Below, piece after piece: positions 1-12,637 of a stretch of DNA of 64,000 nucleotides; positions within the stretch are counted from its first letter, which is position 1, and the number at the start of each line of letters is the position of its first letter. Below the pieces are notes generated by a model. It was not told the origin of the DNA and did no database searches. It saw nothing but the letters and a program-made list of their open reading frames with translations. Made by a program: the position numbers and the translations under genes. Source of the stretch: an uncultured marine group III euryarchaeote (lineage in GTDB: Archaea; Thermoplasmatota; Poseidoniia; MGIII; CG-Epi1); assembly GCA_902627615.1 (NCBI GenBank), contig CACOJW010000005.1, positions 32,774 to 96,773 of the forward strand. Direction: 5' to 3'.

Positions 1-2663
1 TGAATGAAGAACAACAAATCACCCTAATTGATAAAGATCATGTTTACTTGGGTATTACAGTAGATAGAAGTTTACTTCCAACGTCATCTATATCTGCCTC
101 CGAAAACTGGTTGGATGCAATATCAAATGATATGCAAAAACAAACCTACGACGACGGTAATGTGAAAATATTCTACGTAGACATTATTAGTGGAACAATA
201 CTTTGGCTTGAATTTGTACTAGGATTCGTACAAGTCTTTGATTATATTCTAATGATTCCAGTAGTAATTCTATCTATATACTTGCTTATCTATGGTCTAG
301 AACTTTCACTAGAACAGAGGCGAAGAGAAATAAGCATTCATAGATCAATTGGAGCAACTGCAGACAAATTGAAAGGTATGGTTTTGTTTGAACTATTTGT
401 TATCTCTTCTGTAGCTTGGATTGCAGGATACATTTTAGCCTTTTTTGCAGTTCCTGTAATACTTTCAAGTGTTGGATTTATGCAATTTGAAAGCTTAGAC
501 ATAGACATAAATCCAGTCCTGAGCTTTGGCGCAACATTTTTTACTATATTGGCTACACTTGGTTTAGCTCTATTATTTGGAAGGTCTAGAACTCAAAAGT
601 TCTTGGAAATGGAAATTGATGAGGGAGTAAAGAAAACAGCTCAATCCGGAAAACCAAGGACATGGCTTCATGTTATCATGCTTTTCATAGGTACTTTAGG
701 AGCAATAGATACTTATCAAGAATTAACTACAGGAGGAAGTGGAATAATTAGCAACTGGTTCTTAGGTGGTTTAATCAACATTTTCGGACCTTTTATGCTT
801 TGGATAGGAGGGGCATTACTACTTTCTAGACTTGGGGCTTACGGTCCAAAAATAATGCTTTTCTTCTTCAAGAAAACACCACTACTTTCAGATGTAAAGC
901 GAGGCCTGCAGAATACTGGTTCTAGCGAATCTACAACAAGGCTGTCCCTTATCATGCTTTTGACATTATCAATTGTCACTCTCGCAGCAGTACAAGGATA
1001 TACTGGATCTCTTGTTGATGAACGTACTGCAGATTTACAGATTGGAAGTGATATCAAAATTTACTCCACGGAGCCTATGACTTCAGACGAAGTCGAGCAA
1101 GCAGTTATCAATCTAAGCTCTAAAGATATAACAGCTAAGGCTTTGACAGTACCTATGATTTCTTTGGAATCTGAAGATGGTACTGACGCTAATGCCTATG
1201 TTTTGATGAACGGTAGTGAAAATGTACTGAGATGGTTCCCTCAAGCTATACCTGGAAAAGATATCTCAGAAGCTATAGCTGCGTATGAAGCTGGAGGGTT
1301 CTCAGCTGGACCTGACATGGCATTTTCCCTTGACTTAGAAGGCTCAGGCAGATTCGGAGACTCTGCAGATAAATTATACAGTGAGGACGATAAAGAATCT
1401 GAAATAATGAATTTCACTTGGGAAAAAACTGAAATTATTTTGAGAAATATAGATCCGAATTCTACTATTGATCCAAATGAAGCATTAGAAAAGTACATAG
1501 AGTTTATGGAAAGAAATTGGTCAAATTTAGATTTATCGGGACAAGATTTAACAAATCGTAATTTCACAAGAACTGACTTTTCAAACACTAACTTATCAGG
1601 TGCAAATCTTGCAAATGCGGACCTAAGTGAATCATTATTCTTCAATGTGGACCTAAGAGGGGCGAACCTTAGTGGAGCTAACTTAACAAACGTAGTGATA
1701 GGCATACCTCCTCAGAATATAGAAGATATTGATCTAACAAATGCAGTTTTGAGAGGAGCTTTCGAATATGGTGTCATAAATTTAGAAGATTTAAATCTTA
1801 ACGGCGCTATATGTCCTGATGGTACTACACAAAATGAAACTAATAATTGTATATCTGGATTTAGTGAGGAACCTACCCCTCTTCTAGCTCCCGTTTTCTT
1901 TCCAGCCTCTTTTGATATACAAATAACTCCTTACCAAACTTCGATAAGATATATTGGAATACACGAGTTCATACCTGGCGTAGCAACCAATGAAATGAAT
2001 AACTATTTGATAATTAACGAACAAGCATATCGAAATTTAGTCGGCAATCAAGAAGTTAATAATCTGCGAGCAACAACATGGATTGTGGACATAGACGGAT
2101 TAAATAACGATGAGATGCAAGTGTTAGCTTTGCTGATAGCTGCAGATTCTAGATTTGAAGGGGCTGATGATTGGGAAACTTCGCATGAAAATGTTGAGAG
2201 GAACGGAGGAATCATATTCGGTACGCAGGGACTATTTACACTGCAATATATCGTGGCAAGTGCTGCCGCAATTGCATCAGCATTTGTTTTCCTATCACTC
2301 GTCCTCAATCAAAAGAAGAAAGAATTAGCTATTTTACAAGCAATTGGAGCAAGTCCAAATCAAATAATTAGGTTAGTACTTTTTGAAATATTATCAATCG
2401 TTTTCTTTTCGATGATTTTAGGAATCGTCTTAGGTATGGGATTATCACTTGCTTTCAATGGATTTTTCAACATATTTGGTTTCTTGTTCCAGCTTTTCTC
2501 TGGAACTGGAGAAGAAGCTGTAATCAGCAGAATACTGCAATGGCCTTGGTGGGTCATCACGCAAGTTACGTTAGGAGTTATGACTGTAGTTGTCATAGCT
2601 TTGGTATTGACAACTCGGAGAGCCCTACGAGCTGATTTAGCCGTAGTGCTTAAGGGAGAATAA
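1..2663 (+). CDS. FtsX/MacB-type ABC transporter permease, probably 5'-truncated by the window edge, with a pentapeptide-repeat insert in the large loop
   Basis: The frame stays open from nt 3 upstream of the tracked TTG at 48. Two FtsX-like TM bundles ('RREISIHRSIGATADKLKGMVLFELF', 'KKELAILQAIGASPNQIIRLVLFEIL') are separated by a long soluble loop. The stop lies 1 nt before the ATPase gene. Confidence 0.7.
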   Translation, partial: NEEQQITLIDKDHVYLGITVDRSLLPTSSISASENWLDAISNDMQKQTYDDGNVKIFYVDIISGTILWLEFVLGFVQVFDYILMIPVVILSIYLLIYGLELSLEQRRREISIHRSIGATADKLKGMVLFELFVISSVAWIAGYILAFFAVPVILSSVGFMQFESLDIDINPVLSFGATFFTILATLGLALLFGRSRTQKFLEMEIDEGVKKTAQSGKPRTWLHVIMLFIGTLGAIDTYQELTTGGSGIISNWFLGGLINIFGPFMLWIGGALLLSRLGAYGPKIMLFFFKKTPLLSDVKRGLQNTGSSESTTRLSLIMLLTLSIVTLAAVQGYTGSLVDERTADLQIGSDIKIYSTEPMTSDEVEQAVINLSSKDITAKALTVPMISLESEDGTDANAYVLMNGSENVLRWFPQAIPGKDISEAIAAYEAGGFSAGPDMAFSLDLEGSGRFGDSADKLYSEDDKESEIMNFTWEKTEIILRNIDPNSTIDPNEALEKYIEFMERNWSNLDLSGQDLTNRNFTRTDFSNTNLSGANLANADLSESLFFNVDLRGANLSGANLTNVVIGIPPQNIEDIDLTNAVLRGAFEYGVINLEDLNLNGAICPDGTTQNETNNCISGFSEEPTPLLAPVFFPASFDIQITPYQTSIRYIGIHEFIPGVATNEMNNYLIINEQAYRNLVGNQEVNNLRATTWIVDIDGLNNDEMQVLALLIAADSRFEGADDWETSHENVERNGGIIFGTQGLFTLQYIVASAAAIASAFVFLSLVLNQKKKELAILQAIGASPNQIIRLVLFEILSIVFFSMILGIVLGMGLSLAFNGFFNIFGFLFQLFSGTGEEAVISRILQWPWWVITQVTLGVMTVVVIALVLTTRRALRADLAVVLKGE

Positions 2664-2664
2664 A

Positions 2665-3756
2665 ATGGCCGAAGAACTATTCGAACATACCACTGGCCAG
2701 GGAAAAGAGGAGAATGATTCCAATGAAGAAGTCGAGGCTCTAAAATTCTCAGAGGAAATGATTGACGATAAAATAGATAAGAATGCAATTCTTCAGGCTG
2801 TAGCATTGTATCATGTTTATTCATCTACTGCAGAAGACGGTAATGTTGTAGCATTAAGGGGATTGAATGTATCTGTCAAAAAAGGAGAAGCAGTCGCAAT
2901 TGTGGGACCTTCTGGATCAGGAAAATCTACTTTACTAAAATGTCTAGGAGTTCTGATGAAGCCTTCTGCGGGCGGAGTCATTCTAAATGGAATCTCAACA
3001 ACAAGAAGAACGGGTATTGAACTAGTTAAAATGCGTCAAGAAACTGTCTCATTTATCTTTCAAGAAGGTAATTTACTTCCTGATTTAAGTGCTATTGACA
3101 ATGTTGCTCAAGCTTTGCGGCACAAAGATGTAAGACCATCTGAAGCAAAGAGTAAAGCCAAAGAAATATTAGTTGAACTTGGCTTAGAAGATCGTATCAA
3201 CAGTATGCCTGAAACACTTTCTGGAGGCGAGCAACAGCGGGTTGCTATTGCACGTGCTTTAGTTACAGATCCCAAGTTAATTTTGGCCGATGAACCTACA
3301 GGAGCACTTGATCCAATTACTAGCAGAGAGGTTTTGGAGTTGTTTGGAAAACTTCACAAAGACAAAGGTGTTGCGTTCTTAATTGTAACACACAGTGATG
3401 AGGTTGCTGCATTCTGTGACCGTAGTCTTGAACTACGTGACGGAAGATTTGTAGCTGAACACGGTGCAAATCTTGATGTTGACGACTTAGAGGGTACAAG
3501 AGAGTTAATTGTTGATGAACTGGGCACAGTTTCTTTCCCACCAGAAGTATTAATGAAAATGGGAGGCTCTGGAAGATACGAAATTGCTAAAAATGAAAAA
3601 GGTGAAATTACTTTAGTGACTGCAGAAAAAAATAAATCTTTGATAAAAGGAAAGAAAAAACTAGCAGACGAATGTCCTGCTTGTAAATACAAATACGAAG
3701 ATGATAGTCAGTTATGCCCTGAATGTGGATCTAGCCGCCCAATGGTTAAAAAATAA
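2665..3756 (+). CDS. ABC transporter ATP-binding protein (MacB/LolD-like) with C-terminal zinc ribbon
   Basis: Walker A 'GPSGSGKST', signature '[15 protein letters not shown]', Walker B '[11 protein letters not shown]', H-loop 'IVTHS'. C-terminal '[19 protein letters not shown]'. Confidence 0.9.
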   Translation: MAEELFEHTTGQGKEENDSNEEVEALKFSEEMIDDKIDKNAILQAVALYHVYSSTAEDGNVVALRGLNVSVKKGEAVAIVGPSGSGKSTLLKCLGVLMKPSAGGVILNGISTTRRTGIELVKMRQETVSFIFQEGNLLPDLSAIDNVAQALRHKDVRPSEAKSKAKEILVELGLEDRINSMPETLSGGEQQRVAIARALVTDPKLILADEPTGALDPITSREVLELFGKLHKDKGVAFLIVTHSDEVAAFCDRSLELRDGRFVAEHGANLDVDDLEGTRELIVDELGTVSFPPEVLMKMGGSGRYEIAKNEKGEITLVTAEKNKSLIKGKKKLADECPACKYKYEDDSQLCPECGSSRPMVKK

Positions 3757-4309
3757 GCTCAATCCGAGGAGTATTACTATCAATTTCCGGAATTTTATCT
3801 TCATATATGGGATTAATAAATTCCTCATAAGCATCGATAAAAAGAGGTACATTTAGACCCATAAATTGCTCAACGCCTGCCCGATTTAATAGGTCAATAC
3901 CTGATTTGGACAAAGTCCTTGCACCTATCAAATCTTGAATTGCATATTTTGCCATTCTAACTTTCAAAAGAGCAGCTCCGCACTTAATGAGACCCTGTAA
4001 GAATCGATGCTCGCTACTATTTCTTATTGCTGAGGTCCACAATCCTTCCCAAGCTTCGTGAGCTTCCCAATAGTAATGATAATTGTAAAGATCTACACCA
4101 AATAAGTAATCTCCATTCTCTGACCAATCGTCAGAATCCCATGAGTCTGTTTCAGGTTCTTCTAAACCAAAACTATGACCTTCTGGGCTATTTATTGGAT
4201 GAGGATGAATACCTGGAACATAACGATAATTTGGAAATTTACTGAGAGAATATCTTACTTTTCCAACGTTCAATTCAGACTCTGAATCTGCTAAGGGATA
4301 GTCTATCAT
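3746..4309 (-). CDS. DUF309-like protein
   Basis: 'YNYHYYWEAHEAWEGLW' followed by 'FLQGLIKCGAALLKV' matches the DUF309 helical signature as I recall it. It lies 3 nt downstream of the cysteine desulfurase gene. Confidence 0.45.
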   Translation of the reverse strand: MIDYPLADSESELNVGKVRYSLSKFPNYRYVPGIHPHPINSPEGHSFGLEEPETDSWDSDDWSENGDYLFGVDLYNYHYYWEAHEAWEGLWTSAIRNSSEHRFLQGLIKCGAALLKVRMAKYAIQDLIGARTLSKSGIDLLNRAGVEQFMGLNVPLFIDAYEEFINPIYEDKIPEIDSNTPRIELIF

Positions 4310-4312
4310 TAA

Positions 4313-5512
4313 CTAACTGCCAATTGTATCTTCAATTGCTTCTGTGAATTTCTTAACGTCTGCTTCATTATTATACAAATAAACGCTAGCTCTTGCAGTT
4401 CCCTCGATATGCCTTGAGTTAAACCATGAGTGTACACAGTGCATACCGCTTCGTATAGCAATATTATACTCCTCATCAAGATGCATAGCTATTTCAGTTG
4501 GATCCCACCCCTCAATATTAAATGAAAATATCCCACCTCTCTGAGAAACATCCTCTGGTCCTAAAATGGAAATTGAATCTATATCCTTTAACTTATTGGA
4601 CATTAGTGTGTTTAATCTATTTTCATGGTCTCTAATATTATCACGACCAACTTTCATTACATAATCTGCGGCCACACCAGCTCCTATAGCTCCTGCATAA
4701 TCTTGCAATCCTGGCTCAAAACAAGAAGGAGGAGGTAGTAGTTTGTAGTCTTCATATGTAGAATTTACCACTGTAGATCCACCAACATATGTAGGAATCA
4801 ACTTTTCTAATTCTTCATACTTGCCATACAATGCACCCATACCACTAGGTCCGCAAAATTTGTGAGCACTAACGGCCGCAAAATCAACATCTAAGTCTAC
4901 TACATTTACTTCCTTATGTGGTGCAGACTGGGCTGCATCCATCATCACTCTAACGCCCTTGTCGTGGCAAATCTCTATTATCTCCTTAGCGGGATTAGTA
5001 TATCCATCTAAATTTGAGCTATGCACAAAACTGAAAACTTTGGTATCTGAAGTGATAGTTTCTTTTAGTGCTTCTATATCGAAAAAATAATTATCTTTAG
5101 CTGGCAACACATCATACTTAATTCCCTTGTATTTTGCCAAATGGTGCCAAGGTACAACGTTAGCATTATGTTCCTTATCTGAAGTTAAAACTTTATCTCC
5201 CTTCTTAAGATTTAAACCATTAGCAACTATGTTCATGCCTTCTGTTGCATTTTTTGTAAAAACAATTTCAGTTGGTTTTTCAGCACCCAAAAATCTACGA
5301 ATCTGGTCTCTGGCCATCTCAAAATTTTCAGTCACCTGCCAACTTAATTTGTGAACTGAACGGCCTCCACAAGCAGGATAATTAGTATAATAATCCGTAA
5401 TTGCATCTATTACTGCCTGAGGCCTGAGAGTCATACATGCACTATCAAGATAAGTAGGATTATCTTCTGAATTGAGTAATGGAAAATCCTTCCGAAATTT
5501 TGAAATGTCCAT
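4313..5512 (-). CDS. sufS: Cysteine desulfurase, class V aminotransferase (SufS/CsdA-like)
   Basis: PLP-lysine context 'SAHKFCGPSGMGALYG' and active-site Cys loop 'IRSGMHCVHSW'. Length 399 aa. Confidence 0.8.
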   Translation of the reverse strand: MDISKFRKDFPLLNSEDNPTYLDSACMTLRPQAVIDAITDYYTNYPACGGRSVHKLSWQVTENFEMARDQIRRFLGAEKPTEIVFTKNATEGMNIVANGLNLKKGDKVLTSDKEHNANVVPWHHLAKYKGIKYDVLPAKDNYFFDIEALKETITSDTKVFSFVHSSNLDGYTNPAKEIIEICHDKGVRVMMDAAQSAPHKEVNVVDLDVDFAAVSAHKFCGPSGMGALYGKYEELEKLIPTYVGGSTVVNSTYEDYKLLPPPSCFEPGLQDYAGAIGAGVAADYVMKVGRDNIRDHENRLNTLMSNKLKDIDSISILGPEDVSQRGGIFSFNIEGWDPTEIAMHLDEEYNIAIRSGMHCVHSWFNSRHIEGTARASVYLYNNEADVKKFTEAIEDTIGS

Positions 5513-5595
5513 AAGTTGATACCTCTAACAACCCGTATAATTTAAAGGCAATCTCAAACAGAAGTCGTTTTATACGGCATCAAATAGAATAAATT

Positions 5596-6486
5596 ATGGA
5601 AGCAATTGAAAGCTGTGTCGATGATTTACCAAATATTGGCTTAGATGACCTCAATTATGCATGCGCAACTGATATTGCTGGAATGGGACCTGTTTCAGCA
5701 TTACTTACTATATTAATTGGAATACCACTTGTAAGGCTCATACTAAGATATCTAAAACAATTATTCAATAAATATGATTACATAGATAAGGGAATAGAAA
5801 ATTTCCTATTTAGAGTTACCAGCGTAGGTCTTTGGGCAGTCATATTCTTGACTGCGGCAAGTGAACTAGGAATTAATGTTACCGGAATTGTAGCTGCTCT
5901 CGGTATTGTTGGTTTGGCAATGGCCTTTGCAGCTCAAGACACAATTGAGAATATTATTGCAGGTATTTTCCTAATGGTTGACAGACCCTTCCGTGAAGGT
6001 GATAGAATACTGTTGCCAAAAAAGATTGGTAGCTTATATTCAAGCTGGGGAGACGTAACAGAAGTAGGATTACGGACTACAAGAGTGAGATCTACAGATG
6101 GCGTTTTACTTACAATACCAAATAAGAACCTAACGAAAGATACGATCGCTAATTTTAATCATAAGGATGACAGAAACTTACGTGTAAGAATTCGATTAGG
6201 ATTAGTACCAACTTGGGAAAATGTAACAAAAGGTGAAGAAATTGTTACGGCCATTGCGAAAAATAATGAAAATATTTGTCAAGAAAAACCTAAACCTCCA
6301 CAAATTGTTTTAAGAGATTTTGGCGATCAGGAAGTTATAATGGAAATTAGATATTATGTTCCTAATGCTCCTTTAATGAGATCGACTAAATCATACTATG
6401 TTAAAGAAATCCTAAAACAATTTGAAGAACAAGATGTTAAATTAGCATATCCAACAAGATTGATAATGAAGGAAGATATAGAATAA
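5596..6486 (+). CDS. Small-conductance mechanosensitive channel (MscS family)
   Basis: TM helices followed by 'MVDRPFREGDRI...GDVTEVGLRTTRVRSTDGVLLTIPNKNL', the typical MscS beta-domain signature. Confidence 0.8.
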   Translation: MEAIESCVDDLPNIGLDDLNYACATDIAGMGPVSALLTILIGIPLVRLILRYLKQLFNKYDYIDKGIENFLFRVTSVGLWAVIFLTAASELGINVTGIVAALGIVGLAMAFAAQDTIENIIAGIFLMVDRPFREGDRILLPKKIGSLYSSWGDVTEVGLRTTRVRSTDGVLLTIPNKNLTKDTIANFNHKDDRNLRVRIRLGLVPTWENVTKGEEIVTAIAKNNENICQEKPKPPQIVLRDFGDQEVIMEIRYYVPNAPLMRSTKSYYVKEILKQFEEQDVKLAYPTRLIMKEDIE

Positions 6487-6519
6487 CTATAGAATCATTA
6501 TTAACACCTACTTACTGGC

Positions 6520-7127
6520 TTGGATATGTCATTCGAAGTACCAGATTTACCGTACGACTATAGCGCGCTTGAACCATACATAGACGAAGAAACTATGAGG
6601 ATTCATCACGACAAACATCATGCTGCATATGTAAACATGCTAAATGGAGCTGTTGAAGCTGCAGGGATAGAAGGAAAAACAGTTAAAGAATTGATTACAG
6701 ATTTAGACTCAGTGCCCGAAGCCCAAAGAGGAGCCGTTAGAAATCACGGCGGAGGTCATTTCAATCACTCATTATTCTGGGAAGTTATGGGTCCTGTAAA
6801 TGGCGAAATGAGTAGTGAACTTAACACAGCACTCTTAGAAGCTTTTGGATCTCTAGATGACTTTAAAGCAGAATTTCAAAAAGCAGGAATGACAAGATTT
6901 GGTTCCGGGTGGGCTTGGCTATGTTCGGATAATGGGAAATTAAGTATATGTTCTACTGCAAATCAAGACAATCCACTAATGGGTAATGAATATGGCGGAT
7001 GCGGAATGACTCCAATTCTCGGTTGCGACGTTTGGGAACATGCCTATTATCTAAACTATCAAAATTTAAGAGCTGATTACATGACGGCATTCTTTAACGT
7101 AGTTAATTGGGCTGAAGTCTCAAAACG

Positions 7128-7146
<19 letters not shown>
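6520..7146 (+). CDS. Fe/Mn superoxide dismutase
   Basis: '[12 protein letters not shown]', '[10 protein letters not shown]', 'FNHSLFWE', '[13 protein letters not shown]' metal-ligand motifs. Confidence 0.92.
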
Positions 7147-9424
<2,278 letters not shown>

Positions 9425-9460
9425 TCAATTTGCTTTAATCACTGATATTTTAAACTATTT

Positions 9461-10807
9461 TCACACTGCTAATGAACCCATAGGATCCCAAGGAGGAAGA
9501 CTTATTGGATCTTTATTATACAAATCAATTAATTTTTTTGTAAGATGCTTTTTGTGAACAACTACTTCATACATGAATTGGTCAAACCAGGGATCTGTCA
9601 TAATATCAAATCCTTTTTCACCATGATCTGCTCCCCAGCTATTTTCAACTCTCCACTTTACAGGTTTTTTATCTTTAAGGTCTACACCAGTAAAGAGCAT
9701 CGCATGCGTCATTACGCTATCCCCATAATCTAATCTCTCAGCCTTATTCATTCCGAATGAGGTACCAAAAAATTTATCAAACTCAAAAAGACTTGTGTCC
9801 ATAACTCCAAATTCCCGTGTAAAAAATTTACCTACATCACAACCAAACCAAACGGGATCATCAGCTTTAATGGACTTAATTGTATACTTCTTTAACTCTT
9901 CATTTTCCAAATTCAAATATCTGATTATGTTACCGCCATATACATTGCCTAGGTAATCTACAGTATATGTCTTGTTGTATTCTGTAAACTTCCTTGGATC
10001 ATTAATCAGACAAACAAAATCATTCAGGTTTACATCTACATGCTCTTTGAAAAAAGACTGAGGAGTTAAATCAGTAAATCTCTGAAACTTATTTTTTTTG
10101 TCTCGTATAGACCAGTCAAATTTTTCAGGAGGAGTACCCAAACTAATGCACAACATCTGATAAATTGTTGAAAGCATTTCTTCCTTCATCTTCGAAATAT
10201 CTGACTTAGATTTACCCGAACTAATCGCAGCCCTCAAATCTTTAGCAAACTCCCTTAACTTTCTTGTGATTAACTTATTCATCTGTGCAGAATTACTACT
10301 ATGAAAGCTTTCGGCCATAACTTTCTTCGGAACTGTTCCATATTTCATCAATAAATTAACAAACATATCCCACTGACCACCATCTTGTATTGGACTATCA
10401 AGAAGATGCATCACTAATCTTGAATCTGTAGCTTTATCGGCAGTGTCAATTATATTTTCAAAGAAATAGTTAGCTTTTTCCAGTTTATCATAAAACATAA
10501 AATAATTCTGCGAAAACTCGAAGTTCTTCAATTTATACTTTCTACCTAGATATATTCTGAGCAAATTGAGCCCTGCAAAACCCCAGCATCTTCCACTGCG
10601 CATCTGACTTGTAGCTTTCATTTCTCCAGTTACTTTGTCAGAAAAAGTATGATCAATTTCTCTGAATGATTCCCAGTTCATAGCTAGCTTACGGACACTA
10701 GTACGTGTTGCTGCGTTCATAGAAATCCTTGTCTGAGGATTTGACTTAAATTTCTTCAAATATTTGTTAACATTAGTTAAGCTAATGGCTTTGCCCATAA
10801 TACTCAA
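9461..10807 (-). CDS. pepC: Aminopeptidase C / bleomycin-hydrolase-type cysteine peptidase (C1B)
   Basis: 'QMRSGRCWGFAGLN' (Gln-Cys active site), 'VMTHAMLFTG' (His), 'RVENSWG' (Asn). Confidence 0.8.
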   Translation of the reverse strand: MSIMGKAISLTNVNKYLKKFKSNPQTRISMNAATRTSVRKLAMNWESFREIDHTFSDKVTGEMKATSQMRSGRCWGFAGLNLLRIYLGRKYKLKNFEFSQNYFMFYDKLEKANYFFENIIDTADKATDSRLVMHLLDSPIQDGGQWDMFVNLLMKYGTVPKKVMAESFHSSNSAQMNKLITRKLREFAKDLRAAISSGKSKSDISKMKEEMLSTIYQMLCISLGTPPEKFDWSIRDKKNKFQRFTDLTPQSFFKEHVDVNLNDFVCLINDPRKFTEYNKTYTVDYLGNVYGGNIIRYLNLENEELKKYTIKSIKADDPVWFGCDVGKFFTREFGVMDTSLFEFDKFFGTSFGMNKAERLDYGDSVMTHAMLFTGVDLKDKKPVKWRVENSWGADHGEKGFDIMTDPWFDQFMYEVVVHKKHLTKKLIDLYNKDPISLPPWDPMGSLAV

Positions 10808-10822
10808 TAGTGGCCGATATAA

Positions 10823-11869
10823 TTAATTACTTTCTTGTGAAGGTAGCCTTTTGGTCATGACTTTTCGCCAAATTGGCGTTATCACACAGGGCCACCAAGA
10901 CGCGTAATATCCCCATTTAAGAGTGGGTGTATCAACGAGAGGGCGTAATTTCCAGAATGGTACTCCTCCATCCAAATGATGATCTGAATGCCTCGTTAAT
11001 TCTAAAAGACTCCACCTTGACCACCTTGCCTCTGTATTCCAAGCATGCTCTGCCTTGAAACGTCCTTTACCTCGACGCAACCCCCAATGTCGAATATAAT
11101 TTACGTATTCAAGTGTAAGTATTGAGACTAAAGAAGAAATTAGCCAACCTACTGTTAATGGAATTCCATCAAAATAACCAAGGTATCCCGGTACAAAAGC
11201 TAGACCTAGTATCATTACAATCTGCAAAAAAAGGCCCCTGTAAGACGGATTATTAAATCCAGTTTTTCCTTTACTATTGTGTACTTCTACAGATGACTTA
11301 AACTGAGCAGGAATAGTTCTAATCCAAAAGTGCCATAAACTTTCGTCTTTGGTGGCACTTGCGGGGTCTTTATCTGTGGCAACCCACCTGTGATGATTGT
11401 AATTGTGCTCAGTTGTAAAATGGAGATAATTTACACTAAATAACAATACTCTAGAAAGCCACCAACTTGGGCTTCCCGGCCTGGTGTGGCCCAGTTCATG
11501 GGCTGTAACTATTGCAGAGGCTGCAGCACTAAGTCCTGTTGACAAAGCACCTACTACTAGCCAAATATTGAGACCTGTGTTAAAAGCGAACCAAAAAAAA
11601 GTTCCCATCACAACTAATTGCAAAATACCATGAACCCACAATAATATTTCAAAAGGTGTTCCAGAATCTCGAGGAGGACGAGGCACTTTAGTTTCACCTA
11701 AAAGAACATCTAGAATTGGACCAACTACCCAAATGAAAATAACTCCCATAGCTGCATAAATCGGCTCGTAGACACCAAGGAGATTTCCGGATATTACTAA
11801 TAAAGGTGAAATAAGTCCAAGAAGATGATAAAACCAAGGTTCTGGGTCCAATTTTTGCTCATTTTCCAT
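10823..11869 (-). CDS. AlkB-type integral-membrane di-iron hydroxylase (alkane 1-monooxygenase-like)
   Basis: The His boxes are collinear with AlkB: 'HELGHT', 'EHNYNHH', 'NYIRHWGL' (HYG-motif position), 'LTRHSDHH'. Multiple N-terminal TM helices. Confidence 0.7.
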   Translation of the reverse strand: MENEQKLDPEPWFYHLLGLISPLLVISGNLLGVYEPIYAAMGVIFIWVVGPILDVLLGETKVPRPPRDSGTPFEILLWVHGILQLVVMGTFFWFAFNTGLNIWLVVGALSTGLSAAASAIVTAHELGHTRPGSPSWWLSRVLLFSVNYLHFTTEHNYNHHRWVATDKDPASATKDESLWHFWIRTIPAQFKSSVEVHNSKGKTGFNNPSYRGLFLQIVMILGLAFVPGYLGYFDGIPLTVGWLISSLVSILTLEYVNYIRHWGLRRGKGRFKAEHAWNTEARWSRWSLLELTRHSDHHLDGGVPFWKLRPLVDTPTLKWGYYASWWPCVITPIWRKVMTKRLPSQESN

Positions 11870-11914
11870 AACTTTTTGATAAGTATCTATTTAATTAAAC
11901 TAACCCCTCAGAAA

Positions 11915-12637
11915 TCATTTAATTCTAAGACTGTATAATTTTCCATAAAGTAAGCAGCATTCTGAATATAATTCCTCGTATTTTGCAGGGATTTTCTCCG
12001 TTTTAGGCTTATAACTGTTAAAACCTGTAGAATTAACTACGTTTTTATACCAGTATTTCCCCCAATTTCCGTCTGTCTCTCTAGTACCTTTTGGCCAACT
12101 CAGCATTTCCTCTGAAAACATGACGCCAATTTTATCGCAAAATTTTCTAAGCAAATCACGTGGATTTGTTAGTACATCTCTAGCATCAATTACAGGTGGT
12201 ATTTCCCCAGTTAAATCCATTACATAGTCAAATATCTCATTCTGCTCCTTAATTCCTAAAAGATGCATATTCAAATCAGAATGTACTTTACTGTACGATA
12301 ATATCATATCTTTAGGGTCTCTAATCAAAAAACAATTTTTAACAGATTTCATCCAGCTTCGATCTATTGAATCCAATAGATGATGTGTTATGTGCTTCTG
12401 ATAATAAATTGAACAACCACTACTTTCTTCATTAGTTAATCCATGAGATATTTTTCCAACATCTAACTCTCCCTCACTAATTACTTTTTCTTTGCCTGGA
12501 TGGTCTAAATTCGTTTCACTCAAATAGTAAGCATAAAACGGTTCATCAATAACGAAAGTATCTGCTCGACTCTCCCATGCTCTCATCATTGCTGTAGAAA
12601 TATTGCGAGGGCCAGACCACATAGCGATTCTAATCAT
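11915..12637 (-). CDS. Sulfotransferase-fold-like protein (tentative)
   Basis: N-terminal 'MWSGPRNISTAMMR' resembles a PAPS-binding 5'-PSB loop. 4-nt overlap with the aminotransferase gene upstream. The family assignment is from memory only. Confidence 0.35.
   Translation of the reverse strand: MIRIAMWSGPRNISTAMMRAWESRADTFVIDEPFYAYYLSETNLDHPGKEKVISEGELDVGKISHGLTNEESSGCSIYYQKHITHHLLDSIDRSWMKSVKNCFLIRDPKDMILSYSKVHSDLNMHLLGIKEQNEIFDYVMDLTGEIPPVIDARDVLTNPRDLLRKFCDKIGVMFSEEMLSWPKGTRETDGNWGKYWYKNVVNSTGFNSYKPKTEKIPAKYEELYSECCLLYGKLYSLRIK

Noticed and set aside
839-2824. Antisense ORFs inside the ABC permease gene (839..1057, 1241..1705, 2048..2308, 2360..2824, minus strand).
   Set aside because: They are fully embedded opposite a long ORF with clear FtsX and pentapeptide motifs. 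Their translations are low-complexity with no motifs.
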